A stretch of DNA of 64,000 nt from Octopus vulgaris (Eukaryota). Each line of letters starts with the position of its first letter. Position 1 is the stretch's first letter. Under the pieces are notes generated by a model. The model ran no database searches and was not told the DNA's origin. It saw only the letters and a program-made list of their open reading frames with translations. Below are positions 40,299 through 52,765 of the stretch, piece after piece. A program made the position numbers and the translations under genes. The stretch covers positions 71,982,001-72,046,000 of the forward strand of contig OX597824.1 of the NCBI GenBank assembly GCA_951406725.2, in the 5' to 3' direction.

Positions 40299-42269
40299 TG
40301 ATGTAACCTCAGCTATAAATAAAAATATAAATATACGGAGTTTCGTGGCCTTGTGTTAAGGGTGTTCGGTTCATGAGTTCAATTGCTGGGCTACGCCTGC
40401 GTTAATAGTTTCTCGTTGCTCCAATCTGTTCAGTTCTAAATAAGTATCAGACGAGTGCTCACGCAATTCTCTCCCTGTCTTTTTGTTACCCCTCCCTCTC
40501 TCTCCTTCTCTCTCTTTCCTCCAGCTGTTACACACATCCTGGATGTGCTGCTGGGTCCCTGTAATTAATAGTCTTATGGGAGTTGCTGACATAATTTTCA
40601 GTTCCTCAAATGAAAGTAACTAAATATACACACACACACACACAATAATCTAGACCACATGGTGCGTTGTTGAACCGTGACCACCTCTGCATTGTATATT
40701 TAGGACTGAAGGACGCATTATCTAATGCGCCCTTCTTTCTCATTTGAGGGAAATGTGGCTAGTATCCCTAGCAGGTTGAGCGACATGCTAGAAATGGAAT
40801 CGTCTTCATTTTGTTGGGGCAAGCTGTTTCAGATTTAGGGATTTAAAACGTTGTGAGCGTTCATTTCAAATACATGAGTTACTGTTTAAAGGGCCCATGC
40901 AGCCATTTCATTTTCCATTTTTTATATAATATTCATCCTCATTCGTTTTATGTTTATTGTCCCCACTGTGGTGTTGTGTCTGCCCTTGTTATATCCACTC
41001 TTTGTCCAGGCTACGTGCCTATAATAAAGATTTTATGAGTGACTGTTTAAATTTCGGGGTCTACTACAAGGAAATGGTCAAGTAATTACGTAATAGCTTC
41101 TTAATTGTTGGTTAGTTCCGAGTCAGGTTTGTTCGATACAGTCAAAGGCATTTCAACCGTGACCATCCTGTCTTTCTCCAAGTGCAGGGAGACCAGCACA
41201 ATATTCAATATGCCCTCTTTTTTTAAAAGACTGCGCGAAACCTCAACATACCTCAACATCTTTAAAACGCCCGTGGTCAAGCAACCACGGAGGTTTTAAA
41301 GATGTTGAGGTGTGTTGAGGTAGATTTAGCTACTTATTGTAAAACAATTCATAAATCAAGATTAATCTGTGTCTTGCAGGAAGGTGACAAATTTATCTTG
41401 TATAAATTTTATTGTGTTTCTATCTCTCTGTCTCTTTTTATGGTGCCGACACTGGCCATCAATGCCAATAGGTATTATCCAAGACACCTTTTTCAGTTTA
41501 AAAAAAAAAGTAATAAAATAAACAAGTAAAAAACAAATTACGGAAAACCGTGGTAGGGATAGCTGTGTGTATGTGCATGCGTAACAATGGGTTATCTTAT
41601 ATCAATGAACAGCCGTCCGCATTCTCTGTGCTTTGTGACACTTGATGATACCGTAATAATTTTTTTTTTGTATATTATCAGGGGACTCGACATTGGTTTC
41701 CACACCAGTTTTACAGCATCACTTGTTTCCCTAGTTTCTAATTTCTCTTCCCTTTCTTTCCCCCATATCCTTCCTTCTCTAGACATTCTCTTGCCCGCCA
41801 GTTCGTTGCTGATGATTTTGTTGTTGCCGCCTATCGTAATTACATCTTAATCTTCTCTAAATATTTCGCTTGGTTCTCGAGGAGTGTGTATTTCCTTACT
41901 ACAAACAAACAATCAACTAAAAAAGACTATTTTTACTTACACCCTCCTGGGGCTATGTTGAGTGGGTTCAGATTAAGGAAAGGGCTATGTACGTCGTGGA
42001 TTATATTAAACGATTGTAAATAATTGGTATTTCAAGTATTTTCATTCTCTTGGTTGGGGCTTTTATCACCTTTATGTTTTTATTATCTTTTTTAGGGTCT
42101 GTCACCATTTTTCTTTTGTTAGTGTATTTTAAATCCCATTTGAAATTAGTACATCTACGCTCACGCATACACACATTCTTAGTTACTTTTTTTTATCTAC
42201 AAATAAAGTACTTACATCTATATGTATACACAAACGACTGCTCATACATATACTGACATCTATAATTGA

Positions 42270-42678
42270 TTGATTGATTGATTCTAGTTTCAGCTTATGA
42301 GCTGTGGCCATGCTGGGGCACCGCCATTTGGTGTTGCTACTTGGTTTCACTTCACGAAAGCTTTCTAGCAACTGCCATTTGGTGCATGAGAGAGTTCGAT
42401 GCAGCTGCCCTCATCTGCCCCTCCTGCCGTGAAGTTGGTTCATCTGGGACACCTGACAGGAAGAGATCCAGCTTCATTTTAAAGACATCTGCATCCACCC
42501 CATGCAGGTCTCTCAGGTTCTTCGGGAGGATATTGAAGAGCTGTGGGCCTCGGAAGCCCAGGCTATCACAGAATCTTGTCCTACATCTTGATGGCAAGTT
42601 TGGAGTCCTAGGCACCACGCAGTGGCGCCCAGTTCTGGCATTTGCGTAACTCTCGATGCCAAAGTTCAGGACACTTCC
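42270..42678 (-). mobile_element. 5'-truncated CR1/L2-group LINE 3' end
   Basis: RGPQLFNILP..FKMKLDLFLSGVPDEP..SNSL; (ATCA)n tail; 10-bp TSD ctataattga at 42260 and 42679. Confidence 0.85.
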
Positions 42679-42705
42679 CTATAATTGAAAACACTATGTA
42701 TATAT

Positions 42706-42874
42706 ATTTCTTTACTACCCACAAGGGGCTAAACACAGAGGAGACAAACAAGGACAGACAAACGGATTAAGTCGATTACATCGACTCCAGTGCGTAACTG
42801 GTACTTAATTTATCGACCCCGAAAGGATGAAAGGCAAAGTCGACCTCGGCGGAATTTGAACCCAGAACGTAACG
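42706..42874 (-). mobile_element. SINE family B, 5'-truncated
   Basis: TSD aaacactatgtatatata on both sides. Confidence 0.9.
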
Positions 42875-43084
42875 AAACACTATGTATATATATTAAAACT
42901 TATGCCAATATTTGTAGATAACCATGCACATCCGAACGTCTATACACTCACTTATACCGCCATATATATTCACATGCATGTATACATACATACATACATA
43001 CATACATACATACATACATACATACATACATAAGGATACAGACACACCAATGATTATATTTGCATTCGTATATATATATGTATG

Positions 43085-43796
43085 CAGGGTCGGTCCTAGG
43101 GTTGCTGGTGCCCCGGGCAAGCTGAACTTCGGCGTGTACAAGATGACAGTCGTGGACATTTCTTTGTTTTTGTCACACCCTCCTTGGCGCCCCCTAGCAC
43201 ATGGCACCCCGGGCGCAAAACTTTTTCCCACGAGAGTTCCGGATCCTAGATACGAACTCATTTACATACAGCCAATCAGAGCTCAACAAATTAATTTATG
43301 AACGCATAACAAATGATGGGCAATTAGATAAGGTCACTTGGGTGAGGGATGACCATGCTTCTTTTCTCTTTTAATAATGTTTGTTGATCTTGTTTCAACC
43401 ATGGTTGCCTCTCCGTATTTATTTGTGTTGTTGTTTACTTTATAAAACAGTAAGGGGAGAGGGTTGCTAGCACATCATCCTCTACCCACATTTTCCCCAT
43501 CCACATCTTTACCATATGGGGCCCCTAACAAAATCCGATAATAGGTATAGATGCAACTCTATCTAATTACTTGTCCCCTTCTAAAATCAGGCATAACTTG
43601 GCGATCGGTCGACTTACAACACCGTTCTTCGTCTTGAGCTTACTTGGTAGAGTGTGTTAACTTGACAACAAGGCCAAGGTGAGCTCTGATTGGCTGTATG
43701 CAAATGAGTTCATTGCTGGGGTCCGGAACTCTCGTGGGAAAAAAATTTCGCGCCCCGAGCGACTGCCCGAGTTGCTGATACCTTGAGCCGGCCCTA
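43085..43796. mobile_element. hAT non-autonomous element with long internal inverted repeats
   Basis: 8-bp TSD tatgtatg; TIRs cagggtcggtcctagg / ccttgagccggcccta; internal IR 43223-43284 vs 43680-43742. Confidence 0.85.
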
Positions 43797-44023
43797 TATG
43801 TATGTATGAATGAATGAAAAGAATAAGAAATGTTCGAGAAAATTGAAATAAATATTTTTTACGTTGGAGTGGATAAAGATATAAATAATAGCGTGTAGAA
43901 AGAATATTTTAAAAAACTCTTGGATGGAAAAAAGGAAGGTTATCCCAGTAACTCGAACTCACAATGGAATATTTTCCATACAAAGTTTTTTTTTTAACCC
44001 AATATTCTACACACACCATATCA

Positions 44024-44229
44024 GGATAATTACATCCCCTAGGACAATTACTCCCCACCCACCCATAGGATAATTCCCCCAGACGACAACTACCTCCTAG
44101 GACAATTACTACCCCCCCCTCGCTTGGTCAATTACTCCCTCTCCAATATATTAAGAAGTTTTAAATCATCTTGTCCTCAGAGGTAATTGTCCTTGGCAGG
44201 TTATTGTTCAGGGTGGGGTGAATGTCCCC
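44024..44229. mobile_element. Small DNA-transposon derivative with GGACAATTAC subterminal repeats
   Basis: About 5 direct gga(c/t)aattac units on the left, inverted gtaattgtcc units on the right. Confidence 0.55.
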
Positions 44230-45138
44230 CACCACATACATGAGCGAGATAGCAACAGGCCTCCAATGGTCAAGGTTGACCAAACATCTGCACATTTACG
44301 TGAGTGTAAGCCTGGGTATGATACTTTGAAGAAGACTAGCAGTTGTCTATATCTCTCTTTCGCATCATACCATTGATATTTAACCAAGAGAAAGGCTGCC
44401 GACTTGGGCCGATTATAACTTGGGTACCATAAGTATTACTGTCGAAACGCAAAAAGCCGGAGCAGATACTACGAGACACCCAAAAAGGCTGAAATGTAAT
44501 ATTGAAAGATTTGAACTTGGAATGTAAATATCCGAATATAAATACACTTATAGATGCCTATCTCAAAGCACGTATATAAAAGTACATACATATGCCCACA
44601 ATGTGATCAGTTGAGTGAACAATTAGTGTTAGTACCCACCCTTTGTAACATGACCTCAACGATTATCCTTTGAATGTCTTGGAACCTTTTGACTTTTCTG
44701 TCTCTGCGTCATCACCATATTTTTTTTTCATGTGGCTGGCAAAATTATATATTAGATTCAAATTGTACTTATAATTAGTATGACTTATGAGGCTAAAAAT
44801 ACTTATATGCTTCAGAGAGAATATACTGTCTAAAACCAATATTTAGTGGCATTCATCAAAGACACCATCAGCAGGCCTGCTTGCGGACTGCGGTCGTTGT
44901 AAGAAGTCATCTGTCACTCCATTGTTTTCTCTTTTAAGTGTTCTATCATTGCAACAACAACAATGCTTGAATGAATTAAGACACCATCTTGTTTTATGAA
45001 TCCGTGAAGCTGTTAAAAACACAATGCTGTAAAATTTTCCCCGTATAGTCAATTATGTCGAGGGTCAAAGTTTCTATGTAGAAACTAGCCATGATGGCTG
45101 GTGGCAGTACCAATCTGTCTGTCGCTCCAGCTCCATTG

Positions 45139-45272
45139 CAATGGCATAACTAGAGCTGTGCTGCCCGGGACAGCCCTTGAATTTGCCGCTCCTGCCCTCT
45201 CTCTATACAGGCTTATGCAGCAGATTCAAAAGTGCCGCTCTCCTAAAAGCGTCACCCGAAGCTATGCTATTG
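45139..45272. mobile_element. Short hAT-like MITE
   Basis: TIRs caatggcataact / agctatgctattg; TSD ctccattg / ctgcatcg (6/8). Confidence 0.65.
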
Positions 45273-45682
45273 CTGCATCGTCAATTTCTCTTAAACTTAA
45301 TATATATACTTCATTATTATAAACGCATTCTAATCAACAGTTCTGATTGTCCTGAAATTTAGCGTTTTAAGCTCTAAGAAAAAGAAATAAAGATCTTATT
45401 TACAGAACGTATGTAACCTGTTGAAGTTTTGGTGCCCTTAAAGGCGATTTAAATACATTTAAAATACACTAAATACACTCTTTTAATGTAATTTTTTGGT
45501 GAGAACAATTTTATACTGGTTTCAAAATGTTTAAGTATCCCTCTTTTATGATATATAGGCAGTTTTCATTTAACGTCGATGGGAAATAATATACATATAT
45601 ATTCGCAAAATGTACGCTTGTCAAACTTTTTGTTTGTTTTCATTTGACTTCTCTTTTTTAACTTTTTACGTTTTCAATTCAG

Positions 45683-45745
<63 letters not shown>

Positions 45746-46255
45746 ATAACGATACTAGTTATTCAATTTTTTTTAATTCATTTCCCAATTGTCTTTTAAA
45801 ATGGAATCTTTATACTTCTGCATTTTCTTTAAGTAGATAATTATAGTTCATCATTCTTAAATATATTTTTAGCACACGTATATTTTGATGTTTATTTCTA
45901 GAAGGGTTTTCAAACTTTGTTTAGAAGTTTGTTGATGTTTTGTGACTGGATATATACCGTACGAACGTAACTTGTTTATATTGTAAAATTAGTTTTGCTT
46001 TATATCATTTCACTTTTCAAGAATGTATCAACAACATTTAGGACTAACTACATATATTTTGGCCTAGACAATTGTATTTGAATTTTGCTGTTCGATTACA
46101 ACTTATTTTTCATAAATGCAAACGAGTATGAATTAGTAGCATGTACTATGTTTTCACTAATAATTTTGAGAACCTATGTAATTCCAAACAAACACATGTC
46201 TTCTTGGTTTTCTCACCTTTTACGACTCAGCAGAACCTTGATGGAGAAAAAGAAA

Positions 46256-46867
46256 GGATCTTTACCTTTTGACCTACAGATTTAAAAAATGATTTTTTTG
46301 TAACTAAACACTTTCAAACTTCGGGCACTGGTAGAATGTCATCATATAAAGCATCTTTTTACTCTTAGCGATATTGAGAAAAGCTTATATTTAGGAAGTT
46401 ATTCACGTTAAAGTTCTCGTATTTCGGTAATTTCAACCAATCAATGACGTGTATTCAGCTGAATATAATTACTGTCGTTGTTTGTCAGCAACAACTATCG
46501 GTGGTGTATTTTTCGTTTGTCGCTGTTATTTATGACATCGTTCGTGCGTTTGTACTGGTTTTAAGGTTAGGGTTTTAGGGTTAGGGTTGTCATAAATAAC
46601 AGTGACAAACGAAATATACACCGCCGATAGTTGTTGTTGACAAACAACAGCAATAATTTTATTTAGCTGAATACACGTCATTGATTGGTTGAAATTACCG
46701 AAATACGAGAACTTTAACGTGAAATAACTTCGTAAATATTAGTTTTTTCTCAAAAATGCTAAGAGTGAAAGATATTTTATATGACATCTTCTACCAGTGT
46801 CCGAAGTTTGAAAGTCTTTAGTTAAAAAAATTATTTTTAAAATCTGTAGGTCAAAAGGTAAAGATCC
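46256..46867. mobile_element. Foldback MITE with telomeric core, copy 2
   Basis: Termini ggatctttaccttttgacctacagattt..aaatctgtaggtcaaaaggtaaagatcc; arms ~280 bp; core 46561-46588; 8-bp flanks aaaagaaa / gaaagaaa. Confidence 0.9.
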
Positions 46868-48587
46868 GAAAGAAATCTGCACTAATACTTTGCTGGTATT
46901 CTCCTTTTCAACTGAGTAGACTGATTCATATTACTATATCAGACAGTGAACCGGCTGAGTTGTTTGTTATAGACTTGAATAGGTTTGCTCAGTAACTGAT
47001 TTCGCTCTCTGCACAGTCAACTTTGCCTTCCATCCTTTCGTAGTTGATGTACCAGGCTTGTACTAGTTACTGAAACTTTTAAGGTTTTAATGAATAAAAG
47101 AATTATCTAGTCGTCAGCATACAAGAATTTCCAAACAATTAGCTTTCAACACTTTTAGGATTTTATGAATAGACAATGCTTGAGGACTGGGTAACTGTCT
47201 ATACACTAAAATCTTAATGAAACTCATCCTTATTCTTGACTCTACCTGTGAGTGGATACAATATGGATTCTTCATTTCCTCAGAAATCATTCTTTAAAAC
47301 TAGGCATTCTTCATTGCTTACCTTATTATTTACAAACCATGTTATCCTGTGAAAAAAACAAACAAACAAAAAACCACCCTCCCCACACACACACTACTCC
47401 CCCAGAAAGCCTACTTTGAGTCAACAAAATCCTTGACAGAGTTGTTTAATCTTTCCTACATATTTCTCCTACAGCTACGTAACAAAGAATAATATATTAT
47501 GGAAATACTTGGCTGAAATGAATGGCTTTCTTTATTTGTTATATATTTTCAACTCTTTTTATGTTTACTAATTTCTTTGTTGTTGTTCAGCCCTTGGTCA
47601 GCTGTGACTGAACAAACCCATGATCAAAGACATTTCAACCTTACATTGTCTTATTTTTAGGAATAGTGTACCCTGTACTACATTATCCAGCATATCATTC
47701 CTTGAGAGAGTAGGGAATTCATTGTGGATTATTTAGGTGTTTCTTACAGGTTGACGCTCCCTGATAGTGAGAGAGCCGGGTTTGTTGTAGTGATGTTTTT
47801 AGGTCAGTTCAGCTACAGCTGGTCACCTTATTGTCCTTGAAACATACTTGATAACAATGGATATGGGAAAATTTTGTAAACAAGCTCTAGAATAACAAAG
47901 AAATTCACAAAAGAAACAGGAGAAATTGAAAAAAGAAATATTGTTAAACGAAACAAAACTATTTTCAATGGAATGTATCCAGAAAGGACAGCTGACTACA
48001 TTTTTTTACAAAGTATCTTTCATGAGTGTTACCTTGCTCTCTCTCTTATATGGGCATGCACACACACACACACACACATGAAATATTTCATCATTATTAT
48101 TTTACGTTTTCTTCCCCCTGTTGGTATGGATTAAGATGGGTCTTCATGATCCAGGTCAGCTCTTATTTGGAGTTACTACCCACTCCTAGATGGGTTAGAG
48201 GACTACATCTGTCTTGCAAATTTCTTTCTTTACTTGGTTTCTAAAAATGAAATATTTAACGAAGATGTGAATCTCTGGCCCTTCTTGTAGGGCAGCATTT
48301 ACACCTAAGTTACTCTAGGAGTTGTAACCTGAAATTTGTAGTCATACTAATTTAAGTTCCTCTAAGTGCTGAATTCCATAACCAACATTTCTGTAATGTG
48401 GGGTTATCATCATTATTATTTAACATTCATGTCCTATGTCAGCATAGGCTGCACAGTTTGACTGGATCCAATGGGTCCAAGGTCTGAATTGTGCTCCAGT
48501 ATCTGTTCTGGCATTGTTTATATACATAGCAATTCATATGCCAGCATGAACAATGGATGTTAAATGATCATGATGATATATACAGGT

Positions 48588-49148
48588 GCAGGTATAGCTG
48601 TGTGGTAAGAAGCTTGCTTCCCAACCACATGGTTCCGGGTTCAGTCCCACTACATAGCACCTTGGGCAAGTGTCTCCTATTATAGTCTTGGCCCAACCAA
48701 ATCCCTGTGTGTGAATTTGATAGATAGAAACTGAAAGAAGCCCATTGTGTGTATGTATGTATGTATATATATATATATATGTAAATAAATAAATAGTTAC
48801 CAGGGTATCAAAAAATCACACAAGTAAAGAGGTTGTAACTCCTTGTTTTTAAAGGTAGAAACTTTGGGTTTACGTGAAATTTTTTTGTATAATGTATAAA
48901 TTTGAATTATACCTGCGTTAAACTCCATTTATATATATATATACACACACACAGGGTAGTGCAAAAATAGGTTTACAGTTATCACATAAGCACTTTAACT
49001 TTCTTTTAAAACATTTTATTACATTTAAATTTCTAACTTACAATTAACTATATTAGCATAGAATAATGGTTTCATATTTTTTTATAATTGAGATCTAAAC
49101 TGTTAATACATGAGTGCGAAAGAATAAGTGTAAACCTACTTTTGGGCC

Positions 49149-49205
<57 letters not shown>

Positions 49206-49301
49206 AATCCGAAGATTAAAATATTTATCTTCTGATTCTTTTTAATATGCTAGACCACTGGTTTTAATTGACTAATATCAATTTCTACCCTTAATTAATT
49301 T

Positions 49302-49370
<69 letters not shown>

Positions 49371-49530
49371 GTGTGTGTGTGTCTGTGTTTGTCCCCTACC
49401 CCCATCACTGCTTGACAACCAGTGTTGGTGTGTTTACATTCCCGTAACTTAATAGTTCAGCAGAAGAGACTGGTAGAATAAGTACTAGGTTTAAAAAATA
49501 AGTCATGGGGTTGATTTTGATCAACTAAAA
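48588..49530 (+). mobile_element. SINE family A expanded by nested insertions in its internal microsatellite
   Basis: Head 48588-48748, tail about 49375-49530, foreign pieces between; CpG-decayed. Confidence 0.85.
48952..49154. mobile_element. Tc1/mariner-type MITE
   Basis: TIRs cagggtagtgcaaaaataggtttaca / tgtaaacctacttttgggccacccta. Confidence 0.75.
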
Positions 49531-49532
49531 CC

Positions 49533-49660
49533 ACCGAGGTTGACTTTGCCTTTCATCCTTTTGGGATTGATAAATTATGTACCAGTCAAATACTAGGGTC
49601 AGTGAAACTGACCAGTCTCCTCCCTACAAATTTCAGGGCTGTGCCTATAGTAGGAAGGAT
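49533..49660 (+). mobile_element. SINE family B 3' part
   Basis: gaggttgactttgcctttcatccttttggga core. Confidence 0.75.
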
Positions 49661-49667
49661 TATATTA

Positions 49668-50038
49668 TCATTTTTATGAGATTGTTGTAGAGGTGTGTCA
49701 TTTTAAGGAGATTGTTGTAGAGGTGTGTCATTTTAAGGAGATTGTTGTAGAGATGTGTCATTTTTAGGAGATTGTTGTAGAGGTGTGTCATTTTTAGGAG
49801 ATTGTTGTAGAGGTGTGTCATTTTTAGGAGATTGTTGTAGAGGTGTGTCATTTTTAGGAGATTGTTGTAGAGGTGTGTCATTTTTAGGAGATTGTTGTAG
49901 AGGTGTGTCATTTTTAGGAGCTTATTGTCGAGGTGTGTCATTTTTAGGAGATTGTTGTAGAGGTGTGTCATTTTTAGGAGATCATTGTAGAGGCATGTCA
50001 TTTTGAAGAGATAGTCATAGAGGTGTGTCATTTTTAGA
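49668..50038. repeat. 30-bp minisatellite, about 12 copies (gagattgttgtagaggtgtgtcatttttag)
   Basis: Head-to-tail units without spacers. Confidence 0.95.
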
Positions 50039-50282
50039 TGTTGCTGTTGTTATCATTGATGGTGATGATGTGTAAGTCTGTACAGTGGTTGATAATTGGA
50101 AGGACTCCAGTTGTAGAAACTTTGCTGAAAGTGAAATGCAATCCCTGACCTAACCAAGATGCAGTAACCCCAAATAAGACCTACCTTGGACCTTGATGTC
50201 TCTTTCAATCCAGTCCAATCCATAGCAGGAAAACTAGATGTAAAATGATATAAAATCTGTTTGTGTGCAATTTTCTATTTAA

Positions 50283-50505
50283 CCCTTTAGTATTCGGATC
50301 TTTCTGTCTAAATGTAAAGCTTAGCTACTCACATTGTTTTGAATTTATTGTGCATTATCTTGTAGGTTTAAGAATTCAATAATGTGATTGTTGCACTTTT
50401 AGAATTGACATTATAGGGTAGGTGTAAGAGATCAGTTTTGGCTGGTTTGAACATAAAACAAATAACATATTCGGGCTGGATATAGCCAGTTTATATGCTA
50501 AAGTG
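50283..50505. mobile_element. piggyBac-like MITE (family shared with 59062 and 63277)
   Basis: TTAA flanks, ccctttag / ctaaagtg ends. Confidence 0.75.
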
Positions 50506-50624
50506 TTAAAGAGATAACAGATTGAGAACATAAAATTTGAAATACAATCAGATTGCTAGATAAGTTGACAGTCAACTAGATAGACATATCATAAAATTAC
50601 AAGAATGAAAGTTACTATATTAGT

Positions 50625-50723
50625 CCCTTTGGACTAACTACTAAGTTATGGAGATGTAAGCAAATCAACATCAATTAAGTGGTGTTGGGTGGCACACACA
50701 CACACACACAAACACACACAACC

Positions 50724-50762
<39 letters not shown>

Positions 50763-50942
50763 TACACTCACACACACACACAAAATGGGCTTCTTTCAGT
50801 TTCCGTCTATCAAATCCACTCACAAGGCTTTGGTTGGTCTACAGTTTATAGTAGAAGACAGTTGCCTAACATGCCACACAGTGGAACTGAATCTGGGACC
50901 ATGTGGTCAGAGAGCAGACTTCTTTTTGCATAGCCACATTTG
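50625..50942 (-). mobile_element. SINE family A, diverged
   Basis: gggcttctttcagtttcc..gaagac..accatgtgg. Confidence 0.8.
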
Positions 50943-51149
50943 TGCCTTATATAATAATAGCTGATAGAATGGTTGTCTGTTTGGATTTTTTTTTCCACTC
51001 ACAATTTACATTTTACAGAGATCAGAAGAGAGAAACAGATAGAATTAACAAAAGAGGTGCCAAATATATAAATTTCTGAAAAATACAGATTCTGTTATGA
51101 AATTTTGCAGAGTTTAGTTTTCAAAGGAGTAGATTGTGATTATTCTTTT

Positions 51150-51420
51150 GCTCTTTCAGTCATTTGACTGCGGTCATGCTGGAGTGTCACCTTGAAGGGT
51201 TTAATTCAGACAAATCAACCCCAGGACTTACTTTTTTAAGCCTAGTACTTATTCTATCAAAGACATGTATGCATACATACAATGGGCTTCTTTCAGTTTC
51301 TGTCTACCAAATCTACTCACAAGGCTTTCTATAATAGAAGACACTTGCTTAAGGTGCCATGTAGTGGGACTAAACCCAGGACCATGTATTTGGGAAGCAA
51401 GCTTCTTACCACACAGCTAA
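51150..51420 (-). mobile_element. SINE family A, internally deleted
   Basis: Tail and head both present. Confidence 0.8.
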
Positions 51421-52379
51421 GCTTGTGCCTTGATAAAATTTAGAAAAGTAACTACATATATTTATTGCAAATATAAAAATGAGGAATTTGTTTTATTTAA
51501 TTTTATTTTAGGATAATAAATATTTTTCATTTGAAACTTCATTTCATCAGTCTGTATAAATTCCAAGAAATTCGATAAAAGTTAAATTATAATTATTGCA
51601 TGTATATCATATCTCCTGATGTTACCCTCGGTGACAAAAATATACTTCTATACTTACCTGCTATATGATGGGTAACACTCTAGTATCTGCAAGTGCAGAT
51701 TTGAACAAAACAGCAATACATAGAGTAAAAAACATAATGTTTCAAATTGTCTACACTGGTGAAAGCAAGGCACATGAAGACTCTTACAAAAATACATAAT
51801 TACAAATGTTTAAGAATCAGCTGTATATAGTATTTATGTCATAATCATTGCCATCACTTCATGTCCACTTTCCATGCTGGCATAGGTTGAACAGTTCATC
51901 GCTGTTTGAGTCAGATTTTATTTGGAGTTACTGCTTTCCTAAATGGGTCTAGGGGACAATGTCTAATGTTTAATTTTGGTTTATGTTCTACAGCTGAATG
52001 CCTTTTTTGACACCAATCACTTTACAGAATGTACTGAATACATTTATCATAGCACCAGCATTAGCAAGTTTGTCAAGACTAAGAGGTTCTTTCCTAATCT
52101 GACAGTTACATTGTGTGTGTGTGTGTGTGTGTGTGAGAAAGAGAGAATAGGAAGGAGAAAATTCAGAGAGTTTTTACTGCTACTGGCATCTAAGGTCTCT
52201 CTTTTCAGGGAAAGAAAAATTGTATGAGACATGGTGCTCCAGCATGGCCAAAGATACATGGGTGTGTGTGTGTGTGTATTTCTACATAAGTCCATAATAT
52301 GCACAGTATCACATGTCTGTACCCTTAAAATATCTCCTTAACCCATCATAATTCATAAATCATAATTACTAAAGTACTT

Positions 52380-52677
52380 GTGGAGGCACATGGCCTAGTG
52401 GTTAGAGCAATGGACTTGCAGTTGAAGGATCGTGGGTTCGAATCTCAGACCGGGTGATGTGTGTTTATGAGCGAAACACCTAAGCTCCACGCGACTCCAG
52501 CAGAAGGTAATGGTGAACTTCTGCTGACTCTTTCATCACAACTTTCTCTTACTCTTTCCTCCTGCATCTTGCAGCTCACCTGTGACAGACCAGTATCCCA
52601 TCCAGGTGGAGAACCTATACACCTGGGAAACTGGCCCTTATGAGCCACGCATGGCTCAAGAAAGAACAAACAACAAC
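52380..52677 (+). mobile_element. SINE family D with alternative 3' tail
   Basis: Head matches 33215; TSD actaaa(g/a)tactt. Confidence 0.85.
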
Positions 52678-52765
52678 TAAAATACTTAAGAAAGCTTATG
52701 TCCACATCTGTTCTGGGCCTATTACCAGCTTTGCCTGGGCTTACACATACACACATCTCTTGCGT

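Noticed and set aside
44843-45120. Unique CpG-containing segment with a short minus ORF
   Set aside because: No homology or clear splice signals; could be regulatory but unsupported
49668-50038. CRISPR-like 30-bp periodicity
   Set aside because: No unique spacers; eukaryotic minisatellite
51658-51782. Possible minus-strand exon with CAG|GTAAGT donor
   Set aside because: Acceptor ambiguous and peptide unrecognised; needs RNA data
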